Part shown: positions 9,794 through 18,189 of the stretch, one piece after another | How positions within the stretch are numbered: position 1 is the first letter of the stretch | How the letters are laid out: each line of letters opens with the position of its first letter | IMG/VR virus record: IMGVR_UViG_3300047095_000811 | Location: 32,001 to 96,000 of that record | Strand: one strand, 5' to 3' | Source of the DNA: a virus | DNA: 64,000 nucleotides | The notes under the pieces: generated by a model | Databases searched by the model: none | Told to the model about the DNA's origin: nothing | Seen by the model: only the letters and a program-made list of their open reading frames with translations | Translations under genes and position numbers: made by a program

Positions 9794-10092
9794 AATTCTT
9801 CCTCTTCTATGTCCTTCATTGCTAGAGGTTTTCGGTTGGCGTACTTGAGAATGATATCTCCGTGACACGGGAGTGGTGCGCAGAAGCAGACGACGTCTCT
9901 GCCCGCTAGCTTCTCCCTCATCTCAGCTATGATCTCCGGGTGCCTCAGCAGCCAGAGCTCGTACTTTCGGATGACTTCTTCTCTGGTGCCGTCTCGGCCA
10001 ATGACGTATCTGTTCCCCCACTTGCTGGGGCGGCCCACGAACACTGCGCCTTGGGGAACGCGGTCTCTCTTTCGGTTGTACACTTTCGGCAC
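9790..10092 (-). CDS. DUF4326 domain protein
   Basis: VFVGRPSKWGN...REEVI..Y...LAGRDVVCFCAPLPCHGDII signature. Confidence 0.85.
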   Translation of the reverse strand: MPKVYNRKRDRVPQGAVFVGRPSKWGNRYVIGRDGTREEVIRKYELWLLRHPEIIAEMREKLAGRDVVCFCAPLPCHGDIILKYANRKPLAMKDIEEEEL

Positions 10093-10146
10093 GTTGATCT
10101 CCTTATTGTGGGCAAAGAGGATTAGACCCCTTTGCCCACCTAAAGA

Positions 10147-11631
10147 TCAGCCGAACTCGGGGATCTCGTGTTTCTTCTCGAAGAACATGTCATCCACGCT
10201 GTCACAGAACGGAACGATGGTTCCGCTCATGCCGGGGTCGCCAGCCGAAGATGCATTGAGCGACAGGTTCCCGATGAACGACGGATGGATGCTGCGGTAC
10301 TTCACCAGCACGTTGCCGCCGCCTGCGCCGAGAGACTGAGGGCCGCGAGCGGAAAACTTCAGAGCGACGCTGAACAGGTTCAACGCGTTCGTGATGTTGG
10401 AGTAGCGGAGCAGCTCGTTGGTGATGAGGCGCTTCACGAGGAACATCGCGCCGATGTTGGAGAACACCGTTTCGAGGCGCTTCATGTCCACGTTCCGGCT
10501 GTTCAGAATGCGAACGGCGATCTCGGACCACTTGATCAGCAGCGGGAAGATCAGGTACTCGTAGAGACGGATGCGGCGGGTGTAGAGGTCGAGACCGTCC
10601 ATCTTGTGGATCTCTTCGTAGTTCCACATCATGTGCTGCACCACGTCAAACGTGTTGCGTTTCTCGTCGTCATCGAGCTCACGCAAGTTCTTCTTGGTGC
10701 GCTCGTCGAGGATCCGCTCCAGAGACGCGATGGACTTGTCTGCCTTGTCGAGCTTGGCGGTGGGAGAAGTCAGGATGCGGCGCTTCCAGAAGTCCTTGTT
10801 CTCCAGATTCCCCAGCTTCTTGATGTTCTCCAGCGCGTTGTGGAGCGAGATGATGATGTTACGGAAGTCTTCGCTGCTCTCCAGCCACTCTTTGCTGACG
10901 AACATCTGGTTGCGGTGAATGTTGAACACCTCCCAGTCCTTCTCCGTGTCGAACGCGTCGAGGTCAAGCTCTTCGCCGGACGGGTTCTTTCCGCTGTCGT
11001 CGACAAGGTAGACCATCTCGTCGAGGCCCATCATCTGCATCGTCTCGGAGTAGCCGTACTTGATGAAGAAGTAGATGAATGCGTTCTTGAAGCTGTTGAT
11101 GCTGTTCGACTTGGTCTTGAAGAAGTCCAGCAGGAACACCTTGCCGCGATAGGTGGTGCCGGAGTTCAGGGACTCGATCGAAGCCGCCTTGTGGCGGATG
11201 CCGAGAGGCATCAGCAGTGTCTTTAGGTAGATACCGTTGCGGATGGCGTACCAGTTCTTGTCAGCAATCTGGAGGATGGCGTAGTAGCGGTTCCCGTTCA
11301 GCACGAAGAAGAAGTCATCGACCAGCTTCGGGATGAACAGGTGGAGCTTGACTTCTTTCTTCTCTCCTTCCCACTCGATCTTGAAGCGAGCTTCGATCAG
11401 GTCAAGACGGGACTCCTCGATGCTGATGTTCCGCTTGGTGATGTACGCAGCACACTCTTCCTCGTTGACTCGCTGCATGTCGAGGAACGTGATGCCGGGG
11501 ATGCTGTTCAGGGTGGTGAACAGATCTCGGAAGTACGAGTCTACGTCGTCTTTGTGACGAATGTAGATCAGGTCCTCATTGAATTTCTCCGGATTACCGT
11601 CTTGGTATTCCTTGTACATTGCAAGCTGCAT
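10147..11631 (-). CDS. RNA polymerase beta subunit, N-terminal fragment (probably non-virion RNAP)
   Basis: FFVLNGNRY near the N-terminus. The C-terminal RSIHPSFIGNL...SAGDPGMSGTI corresponds to RpoB RDVHPTHYGR...PEGPNIGL. Confidence 0.85.
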   Translation of the reverse strand: MQLAMYKEYQDGNPEKFNEDLIYIRHKDDVDSYFRDLFTTLNSIPGITFLDMQRVNEEECAAYITKRNISIEESRLDLIEARFKIEWEGEKKEVKLHLFIPKLVDDFFFVLNGNRYYAILQIADKNWYAIRNGIYLKTLLMPLGIRHKAASIESLNSGTTYRGKVFLLDFFKTKSNSINSFKNAFIYFFIKYGYSETMQMMGLDEMVYLVDDSGKNPSGEELDLDAFDTEKDWEVFNIHRNQMFVSKEWLESSEDFRNIIISLHNALENIKKLGNLENKDFWKRRILTSPTAKLDKADKSIASLERILDERTKKNLRELDDDEKRNTFDVVQHMMWNYEEIHKMDGLDLYTRRIRLYEYLIFPLLIKWSEIAVRILNSRNVDMKRLETVFSNIGAMFLVKRLITNELLRYSNITNALNLFSVALKFSARGPQSLGAGGGNVLVKYRSIHPSFIGNLSLNASSAGDPGMSGTIVPFCDSVDDMFFEKKHEIPEFG

Positions 11632-11719
11632 TGTTCTTTCTTCCTTTCAGCAGTTCATGATACGCGATCATCAGGAGTGATCGCAACTCCTTATTTTAAC
11701 CCGTTTTGGATATTCCGGG

Positions 11720-11731
11720 TAATCTTCTGTT
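11720..11731 (-). promoter_or_regulatory. Late-type promoter AACA-N6-TA
   Basis: AACA-gaagat-TA, 89 nt upstream of the RNAP beta-N start. Confidence 0.6.
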
Positions 11732-11777
11732 CGCCCTTTAGCCGACATGGCTTTACGGCGAATCGAGATTCTGTCGG

Positions 11778-12077
11778 CTAGCTGCGGAGCAGCACCAGTT
11801 TCTTCAAGATGTCTTCGTACTGCTCAGAGAGCTCGGAATACCAGAAGTTGAGCACCAGCTCTTCGCCTTGGATCGTCATGAACGTGACCTTGTTGTGGAT
11901 CTCGTCCAGGCTGTAGGCTCCGGGAACCCGATCGTGTTTGGCATATACCGGCTTGAATAACACCGGACCCTTGAGGTGGAAGTTGGCGATATTCATCAGG
12001 ATGACCGGCTTGCCCTCTCGCATGAATCGTTCGACATCCTCCAAAGTCATACTCTGAAAAGTCAGGTTCAGGTCCAT
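11778..12077 (-). CDS. Hypothetical protein
   Basis: 99 aa from ATG 12077 (SD AAGGAG), preceded by the early-type motif. Confidence 0.65.
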   Translation of the reverse strand: MDLNLTFQSMTLEDVERFMREGKPVILMNIANFHLKGPVLFKPVYAKHDRVPGAYSLDEIHNKVTFMTIQGEELVLNFWYSELSEQYEDILKKLVLLRS

Positions 12078-12094
12078 ATTTTCTCCTTTCACGA

Positions 12095-12105
12095 TCATTA
12101 TATAT
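12095..12105 (-). promoter_or_regulatory. Early-type promoter motif ATATATAATGA
   Basis: The same 11-mer occurs at 28932 and 46739, each upstream of a non-structural gene. Confidence 0.6.
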
Positions 12106-12145
12106 AAACAAAACGCCCTATGGAGGCTATCCATAGGGCGAATTA

Positions 12146-13711
12146 TCAGTCTTTTGTCAGCATGTACAGCGCTAGCCCACCTTCGCGGTGGATGCCACGG
12201 ATGAACCCGCCCTTGGCGTCAACGTAGTTGAGCGGGGAGTTCATCATCTTTGCGGCCTCCATGTTCGCCTCAGAGGAGAACAGGCCGATCACGCGCATCG
12301 TGTCACCGTCGAAGTCGCCGCCGAGACCCTTAAGGAAGGAAACGTTCGGGACGTAGGTGTCGATCCACTTGATCTTGTCATGGAGGATATTCCCCTTTCC
12401 GTCGGTCGGGAAGTAGGGGTAGTGGGTGAACCGCTTGTCGTTCATCCCGCCCTCTTCGGCAGGTCCGGTCATGTTGATCGTGTCTTCGGTGGTGAGCAGC
12501 TTGATCCGACACGCGATCACCGACTCAGGGCCGGTCACAGGGTAGCGAGTCGCGATGACGTGCTTGTTCTGAGTGACGTCCATGCACGCCTCGTAGAACA
12601 GGTCAGTCAGCGTGAACGGGCGATCTGGAAAGCGAACGTGCTTGAACTCTTTGACCAGCTTGGAATCGTTCCCGAGACCGTCGAGCCAGAAGTGCTGGCT
12701 TCGGATCATACGAGTCTTGTCCTTGATGTAGCCGTCAACCAACTTGGAGAGGCTAGTCGATGTCAGCTTACCGTAAGTGGTCTGCGGTAGGTCGTACCGC
12801 TTGTCGCCGTCAACGACGATGGAGGCAGCGTGTTCGTAGCCGTGGAAGAAGTCTTCCAGCCACTTGATCACGAACGGATAGAAGAGCGACAGCGCGAAGT
12901 GCAGCGGGACGCCGAATTCGTTGTACTTGACCTGCTGCAGGCCAGGATCGTCTGCCGAGAGCTTCGGGCAAGACAGAACGCCGATCGTGGAGTAGTCGAT
13001 GGATTTGCCCATAACCGCCTGACGGATGACGCCCTTCTTACCAGCAATCTTCTTGGTCAGCTCCGAGTAGATCTCAACTAGGATGCGCTGCACTGAGGAC
13101 TGCGTCAGGTACGAGTTGGTGAAGGTGATCGACTCGGACGTTGCAGCGTTGATCAGCTTGATGTAGTTGGCGTTGACGCCCTCGACCGAGATCTTCTTGG
13201 AGCCGGAGGCAGTGGAGAAGTTGATGTCCCGGTAGTACGCCGGGATGATCAGCCACTTGTCGATGAAGACCTCTTTCATGTCCAGCATGGAGAGTAGGTT
13301 CTCCTTCTTGGAGCGGGAGGCGTTCTCCTCGCCGATCTTGGTCCACTTGATCTTCTTCCAGTTCTTGATGAAGAACTCGATGCCGGTCTCTCCGTCTTCC
13401 GGCTTGTCTCCGGTGACGATCTTGCCGGAGACGTCTAGGCGGCAGAACTTCTCTCCGGAAATGACCTGCGGCAGGGCACGGAACATGCCGTACACGGTCA
13501 TGTAGACCAGCGGGTGGAAGAACTTACGACGGAGATCCACGAACCCGAAGTTGTACTTGCGAGCGTCGGAGCCGAACTTACCGAAGATCTTGGTCGAGAA
13601 GAGACCGTCATCGGAAGGGCCACCGTTGCTGTCCAGATAGAACCGGCTGGTCACTTGCTGACAGCCGTTCTTCTGGATGAATTGGTCGATGTCAAAAAGA
13701 TCGAGTTTCAT
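12146..13711 (-). CDS. RNA polymerase beta' subunit, N-terminal/catalytic fragment (probably virion RNAP)
   Basis: DGLFSTKIFG, GKKGVIRQAVMGKSIDYS, RYP and catalytic GGDFDGD motifs; late promoter upstream. Confidence 0.92.
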   Translation of the reverse strand: MKLDLFDIDQFIQKNGCQQVTSRFYLDSNGGPSDDGLFSTKIFGKFGSDARKYNFGFVDLRRKFFHPLVYMTVYGMFRALPQVISGEKFCRLDVSGKIVTGDKPEDGETGIEFFIKNWKKIKWTKIGEENASRSKKENLLSMLDMKEVFIDKWLIIPAYYRDINFSTASGSKKISVEGVNANYIKLINAATSESITFTNSYLTQSSVQRILVEIYSELTKKIAGKKGVIRQAVMGKSIDYSTIGVLSCPKLSADDPGLQQVKYNEFGVPLHFALSLFYPFVIKWLEDFFHGYEHAASIVVDGDKRYDLPQTTYGKLTSTSLSKLVDGYIKDKTRMIRSQHFWLDGLGNDSKLVKEFKHVRFPDRPFTLTDLFYEACMDVTQNKHVIATRYPVTGPESVIACRIKLLTTEDTINMTGPAEEGGMNDKRFTHYPYFPTDGKGNILHDKIKWIDTYVPNVSFLKGLGGDFDGDTMRVIGLFSSEANMEAAKMMNSPLNYVDAKGGFIRGIHREGGLALYMLTKD

Positions 13712-13737
13712 CTCTTATTCCTGAGAGGTATGCGAAT

Positions 13738-13749
13738 TATTAAGGTGTT
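13738..13749 (-). promoter_or_regulatory. Late promoter AACA-N6-TA
   Basis: AACA-ccttaa-TA upstream of 13711. Confidence 0.7.
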
Positions 13750-13802
13750 GCATAAAGCTTTTATCCGAGACTTTCCATTTTAGGTTGTCACAAATCGTGC
13801 CG

Positions 13803-13814
13803 AACAACAGGTTA
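13803..13814 (+). promoter_or_regulatory. Late promoter AACA-N6-TA
   Basis: AACA-acaggt-TA upstream of 13856. Confidence 0.7.
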
Positions 13815-13855
13815 GTCATGAATATTCTCTTCATTTTCCACAAGGAATTCTAGCA

Positions 13856-14326
13856 ATGGAACTCCAGATTGCAAAGATAGCGTTCGTCCTGCTGCAGTTT
13901 ACGAACATCGTGATCTCCAGCATGCTGATCATATCTGGCATCATTCTCTTCTCATACATCAAAAGAGTGATTCACCACGTCGATGTGTACATCCACACGA
14001 TGATCGTGCTTCACATTCTAGCGAGTGTCTTGATTCTGAGTTATTACGAGCTCAAGAGTCTCGACACTTTCAACATCTTGAACCAGTTTCTCATTCAGCT
14101 AACGATCTTGACGCTAGTCGTGATCAACGGCATGTTCCAGATCGGGATCTATCGGTTCTTCCACAATGCCACATGTAAGGTGTGCGTGATTAACGACTTC
14201 TTGAAGTTCTTGAGGAGTCTCCAAGTTGATGAGAGTGGTGCCGACACCACCGGATGCAACAGCTGCTCCGCTCAAGAGCGAGTAGCAGTCTTCAGAAGGA
14301 TGAATACAGATGCTGAACACGAATAG
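13856..14326 (+). CDS. Integral membrane protein (3 predicted TM segments), possible holin
   Basis: Three hydrophobic stretches and a C-terminal tail with two CxxC pairs; late promoter. Confidence 0.55.
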   Translation: MELQIAKIAFVLLQFTNIVISSMLIISGIILFSYIKRVIHHVDVYIHTMIVLHILASVLILSYYELKSLDTFNILNQFLIQLTILTLVVINGMFQIGIYRFFHNATCKVCVINDFLKFLRSLQVDESGADTTGCNSCSAQERVAVFRRMNTDAEHE

Positions 14327-14846
14327 AGGGTTCATCACCCCTGACGGAAGATACTACGAGGCTCCCTTCCCACTCTCTCCCGACCATCGAGAGGCAGTTG
14401 CAAGAAACACTCCAGAGCCTTCGTGTCCTCCGCACGGTGACGTTGCTCCCTCGCAACACTCCGAACAAAGGACCAGCCGAATGGACGGGAACCATCAATA
14501 CCCTCAGCCAGCGCCACAGCAACAGCCTCAACCGTACACGCCTCCTCCCCAGCAGATACCGGGGGTGAACGCGCCGTACACCATCAACCAAGACTCTCAG
14601 TTCAACTTCAAGCTCAAGGATGTCCTAATCATCGCTGGAGCAATTGCAAGTGCTGCAGTTTCCTGGAACAATGCTGACGGGCGTCTCTCTCGGCTTGAAG
14701 AACGAGTCTCCACCGACATCGTCAAGAAGATCGAATCGATCGAGCGCAAGCAGGATGAGAACATCAAAGCCCAAGCAGATTCGATCAAAGCGTTGTCTTC
14801 GCAGATCGCAGATCTCGAACGCGCCATTGCATCAGGTCGTAAATGA
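14310..14846 (+). CDS. Membrane-anchored coiled-coil protein, possible lysis accessory
   Basis: Pro/Gln-rich N-terminus, a single hydrophobic segment (VLIIAGAIASAAVSW) and a C-terminal heptad repeat. Confidence 0.55.
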   Translation: MLNTNRGFITPDGRYYEAPFPLSPDHREAVARNTPEPSCPPHGDVAPSQHSEQRTSRMDGNHQYPQPAPQQQPQPYTPPPQQIPGVNAPYTINQDSQFNFKLKDVLIIAGAIASAAVSWNNADGRLSRLEERVSTDIVKKIESIERKQDENIKAQADSIKALSSQIADLERAIASGRK

Positions 14847-14862
14847 CCAAGAAAAAAGAAAG

Positions 14863-14890
14863 AGCCATAGACCCGAGAGGGCCTATGGCT
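14863..14890. terminator. Bidirectional terminator
   Basis: AGCCATAG...CTATGGCT hairpin between convergent genes, with A and T tracts. Confidence 0.7.
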
Positions 14891-14895
14891 TCTTC

Positions 14896-15654
14896 TTAGT
14901 TCCAAGCCAGCTGGAACTTCTTGAATTCAGAGTGGTCGTAAAGCTTGTCGCAGAGCATGTTGGAGGCGGAATCGAGGATCATGTCGTTGTCAAACCAAAC
15001 GATGTTCGCGCCGTGTTTCTCGGTCAGCTCGGCGGCGTCTGGGAGCTCCACGTTGTAGCGGTATCGCGGGATCAGGAATTCCTTGTCCTTTGAGTCGGTG
15101 TTGACGATGACATCGCGGATGTTGGCGACGTGGTCGTCCACGAACGAGCTGTACTTGATTTCTCGCTCGTTGATGGCGTGGGACTTGGTCTCGCCGCTCT
15201 CGGTGAAGACGTAGTGGATCGGGACTTCCAGCTTCAGCTCGCCGAAGACGCGTTCGAGGAACCGGACCTTGCTTCCGGTCACGGGGTACTTGAGGTCGAT
15301 GCAGCTCGTGACGATCCAGATGCTGTCGATGACGCCCATGCGCACCATCTGCTTAAGCGCGATGGTGTACGCGCTCGGGTTGAGGTCGTCGTAGAACTTC
15401 GAGTCCATGAAGTACTTGTCCAGCATCTTCTTCTTCAGTCCGGCGTCGAGCCAGTCGCCCGACTTGAAGTGGGACGAGATGTCAAAGTCCTCCCGATTCA
15501 TGGGATGGGAGGAGATCGCATATCGCACTGATTCTTCCGGGATTTGCTTCAGCAAGGCGTCGTCGGAGAGGATGTGTTGGATCCACTTCCCTGCTGTGTT
15601 GACGAGCACGTCGTCGCAGTCGGTGGCGATGACAAATTTTGGGGCTTGGATCAT
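14896..15654 (-). CDS. HAD-superfamily 5'(3')-deoxyribonucleotidase-like protein
   Basis: Motif I IATDCDDVL, motif II IVTS, conserved Lys, motif IV FVDD...NI. Confidence 0.8.
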   Translation of the reverse strand: MIQAPKFVIATDCDDVLVNTAGKWIQHILSDDALLKQIPEESVRYAISSHPMNREDFDISSHFKSGDWLDAGLKKKMLDKYFMDSKFYDDLNPSAYTIALKQMVRMGVIDSIWIVTSCIDLKYPVTGSKVRFLERVFGELKLEVPIHYVFTESGETKSHAINEREIKYSSFVDDHVANIRDVIVNTDSKDKEFLIPRYRYNVELPDAAELTEKHGANIVWFDNDMILDSASNMLCDKLYDHSEFKKFQLAWN

Positions 15655-15726
15655 TTTGTGTCCTTTAAAGAAAAAAGAGAGACCGGTCATCCCGGTCTCT
15701 CTCATTATTCTGACTTCAGGTCAGGA

Positions 15727-16458
15727 TCAGTCAGCGAACTCGTCGTCCAGCTTGGCTTTCTTCTTCGGCGGAGTCTTCTTGCTACCGCTGTCGTCGTCGC
15801 CGGAATCGCTGTCGCTATCGCCGCCATCTTCTTCCTCGACGCTGCGACGGCTACCGCCGCGACGAGCACCGCCACCGGAAGCAGGGCTACCACCGGCGCG
15901 TTTCGCACCGTGGTAGGCGACGTTGAAGGAGTTGTTGATCAGCTGAGAGCAGAACTCCAGCAGCAGCAGCATGTCGATGTCGAGGGTCTCTGCGCTTTCC
16001 TCGTTGTCGGTGGTCTTGTAGTTCACGTCGCCGTGCTGCATGACGTGGTACATCTTTTCTTCCTCGTCGTCCTTCTTGGTGGTCAGACGCAGGATGTAGT
16101 TGTCGTAGTGCTTGCCGGACAGCTTCAGCGTGTTCGGCTTGAAGATGGCGATGGTGCGGGAGTTCTTACCGCCGCCGAAGGTGATGGTTGCCATCTTCAG
16201 TTCTTCGTTTTCCATCAGGTTGGTGATGGCGGAACGGAGCTGGATGGCACCTTGGGCGTCCATCGCGAAGTTCAGCTTCGAGTCATAGTCGAAGACGTTG
16301 TCCCCCTTCTTCGGCTCCTTGCCGACGAATTCGTCGAAGATCGGAGCCAGCGAGATCATGCCGCGACCTTCGACCCAGACGAAGCTCATCGCGGTGAAGT
16401 GACGCTCATAGGAGCTCAGGTCGGCATTGGTGAAGGTGGATTTGCGTTGCTCAGCCAT
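15727..16458 (-). CDS. Putative single-stranded DNA-binding protein
   Basis: Gly-rich linker and an acidic tail ending DDEFAD; strong codon bias. Function inferred from architecture only. Confidence 0.45.
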   Translation of the reverse strand: MAEQRKSTFTNADLSSYERHFTAMSFVWVEGRGMISLAPIFDEFVGKEPKKGDNVFDYDSKLNFAMDAQGAIQLRSAITNLMENEELKMATITFGGGKNSRTIAIFKPNTLKLSGKHYDNYILRLTTKKDDEEEKMYHVMQHGDVNYKTTDNEESAETLDIDMLLLLEFCSQLINNSFNVAYHGAKRAGGSPASGGGARRGGSRRSVEEEDGGDSDSDSGDDDSGSKKTPPKKKAKLDDEFAD

Positions 16459-16462
16459 GGTT

Positions 16463-17191
16463 TTAGCCTTTCTTGGTGGTGTACTTGTGGAGATCGAAGA
16501 GATGGAATTGATAGCAGACATCGTACTCTGCGTTTCCGTAGTGTACGTACAGCCGATTTCCTCCGCTGTGGAGCATAAGAAACTCGGTTGTGTCTTTCTT
16601 CTTCGTCTTGAGTTTGACGAAGTTGTTGAGGCAGATCAGAGTCTTATTCCGGAGACTCAACCCCAATTTGCTGTTGAAGAGATGCACCTCGTCGCCCTTG
16701 ATCTCAAGGAAGACGAACTCGTTCTGGACGAGCGACTTCTTGTGGTCGAGGATGTCGATGATGTCGCCGATCAGGATCTTCTCCTCCTTCAGCATTTCGC
16801 CTTCGTACCACAGCGACATGGTAGAGCAGTCGTGCTCCTCCAGCTGCGAGATCGGAACGTCGGTGAGTCTCTGAGGGGGGAAACTGTCGGTGTAAGACAC
16901 CGGAAAGCTATGGCCTGCAAGGGTGATGTCCTTGGAGGAAATCATGCTCTCCTTTTCTTCTTTGCCCTTCTTGTGCTCTGCAATGAATGCGTAGAGCTCC
17001 TTCCCGTTGGGGATCGACAAGAATCTCTTCCCGGAAGGATTATCGATTTTGAACCCTTTGGGTTCGATGTAGACGTCTGACTGCTCGTCCGCGCCAATGA
17101 AATGGCCGTCCTTGAAGTCATACCAGTACGGGTCGTTCTTGAGCCACTGATTTACGTCGTACAGCCTCTTGTAGTCTAATGGATGCGCCAT
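16463..17191 (-). CDS. Hypothetical protein
   Basis: ORF with probable start ATG 17191 (SD GAGG); early-type motif at 17247-17255. Confidence 0.6.
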   Translation of the reverse strand: MAHPLDYKRLYDVNQWLKNDPYWYDFKDGHFIGADEQSDVYIEPKGFKIDNPSGKRFLSIPNGKELYAFIAEHKKGKEEKESMISSKDITLAGHSFPVSYTDSFPPQRLTDVPISQLEEHDCSTMSLWYEGEMLKEEKILIGDIIDILDHKKSLVQNEFVFLEIKGDEVHLFNSKLGLSLRNKTLICLNNFVKLKTKKKDTTEFLMLHSGGNRLYVHYGNAEYDVCYQFHLFDLHKYTTKKG

Positions 17192-17275
17192 CGAATGGTC
17201 CCTCAACGCTAGTAAATTTGTGTTGTCACGTATCACTAGCACGGAAATGATATATCGATGAACCTGCCTTTGGGG

Positions 17276-17833
17276 TTAGTCGTCGTCCGATTCGTCAGAA
17301 GGCTCGACACCCATGAGCTCGGAGAAGATCTTCCTTGCGTCTTCTTTTGCCTTCTCGTGGACCAGACGTTCCAGCTCCCACTCAAGGTGGTTGCGGTAAG
17401 AGGAGACAATCTTGTCTTTCGACTTCTGAGTCAGCTTGAGATCCTGCATCCGGTCGGAGAAGTGCTCCAAGAAGAACTGTTTTGCCGTTGCCTCCATCTT
17501 GTCTTGGAAGAAGCGGTACATCGCAGTCTTGTTGAAGTCGTGGCTCTTGGGTTGGAGCCCGGAGTGCCAGCTGTCTTCGAACCCGATGAAGCCGAGGATC
17601 ATCGACTTCATGTGTTCTTCGAAGAAGTTCTCTACGTAAACCTTGACGCTGTTTTCATTGAAGAGTTTGTCAAACTCCTCCTTGGCAACAGGCTGAGCCT
17701 CCGCCAGACCTTTCTTAGCTGCCGCCGAGATTAGCCCTTTTCGTTGCATGGCTTCTCGCAGCTGGACTACTACATCAGGGGGAAGCATCCCGCCTGCGAT
17801 TTTCTTTAACTCGGTGTCGTTTTCGAGCGCCAT
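17276..17833 (-). CDS. Hypothetical protein
   Basis: 185 aa ORF, translationally coupled to the upstream gene. Confidence 0.65.
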   Translation of the reverse strand: MALENDTELKKIAGGMLPPDVVVQLREAMQRKGLISAAAKKGLAEAQPVAKEEFDKLFNENSVKVYVENFFEEHMKSMILGFIGFEDSWHSGLQPKSHDFNKTAMYRFFQDKMEATAKQFFLEHFSDRMQDLKLTQKSKDKIVSSYRNHLEWELERLVHEKAKEDARKIFSELMGVEPSDESDDD

Positions 17834-18147
17834 CAGTTACTCCACTTGACCCCTTCGGTCATTGCTTCTTTGATGAATTTCAGCATCAAAGCTTTGTCAG
17901 ACTCGCGGTGAATGAAGGGAACGTCGGAGATTCCGATACTCCCGTTCTTGGTTCCAGACTGGTAGCTCTTCACGACCCGGTATGGAACCCCGGAGGTCTT
18001 GTCGAACTCGAAGTAGGTGTCGAGTTCTATCGTTCCGTCCTGAAAGATTCGGAACTTGTAGAAGTGCTTCTCTTTGGCGTCTTCTTTCGGAGTGACGAGG
18101 ACAATTGCTGCGTCATACTTGTTCTTGGGGTTTTCAAAAGTGAACAT
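17833..18147 (-). CDS. Hypothetical protein
   Basis: 104 aa ORF with SD GGAG. Confidence 0.65.
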   Translation of the reverse strand: MFTFENPKNKYDAAIVLVTPKEDAKEKHFYKFRIFQDGTIELDTYFEFDKTSGVPYRVVKSYQSGTKNGSIGISDVPFIHRESDKALMLKFIKEAMTEGVKWSN

Positions 18148-18189
18148 TCGATTCTCCGGCTGAAGAGGGCGGGTTTCCCCACCCTGCTG

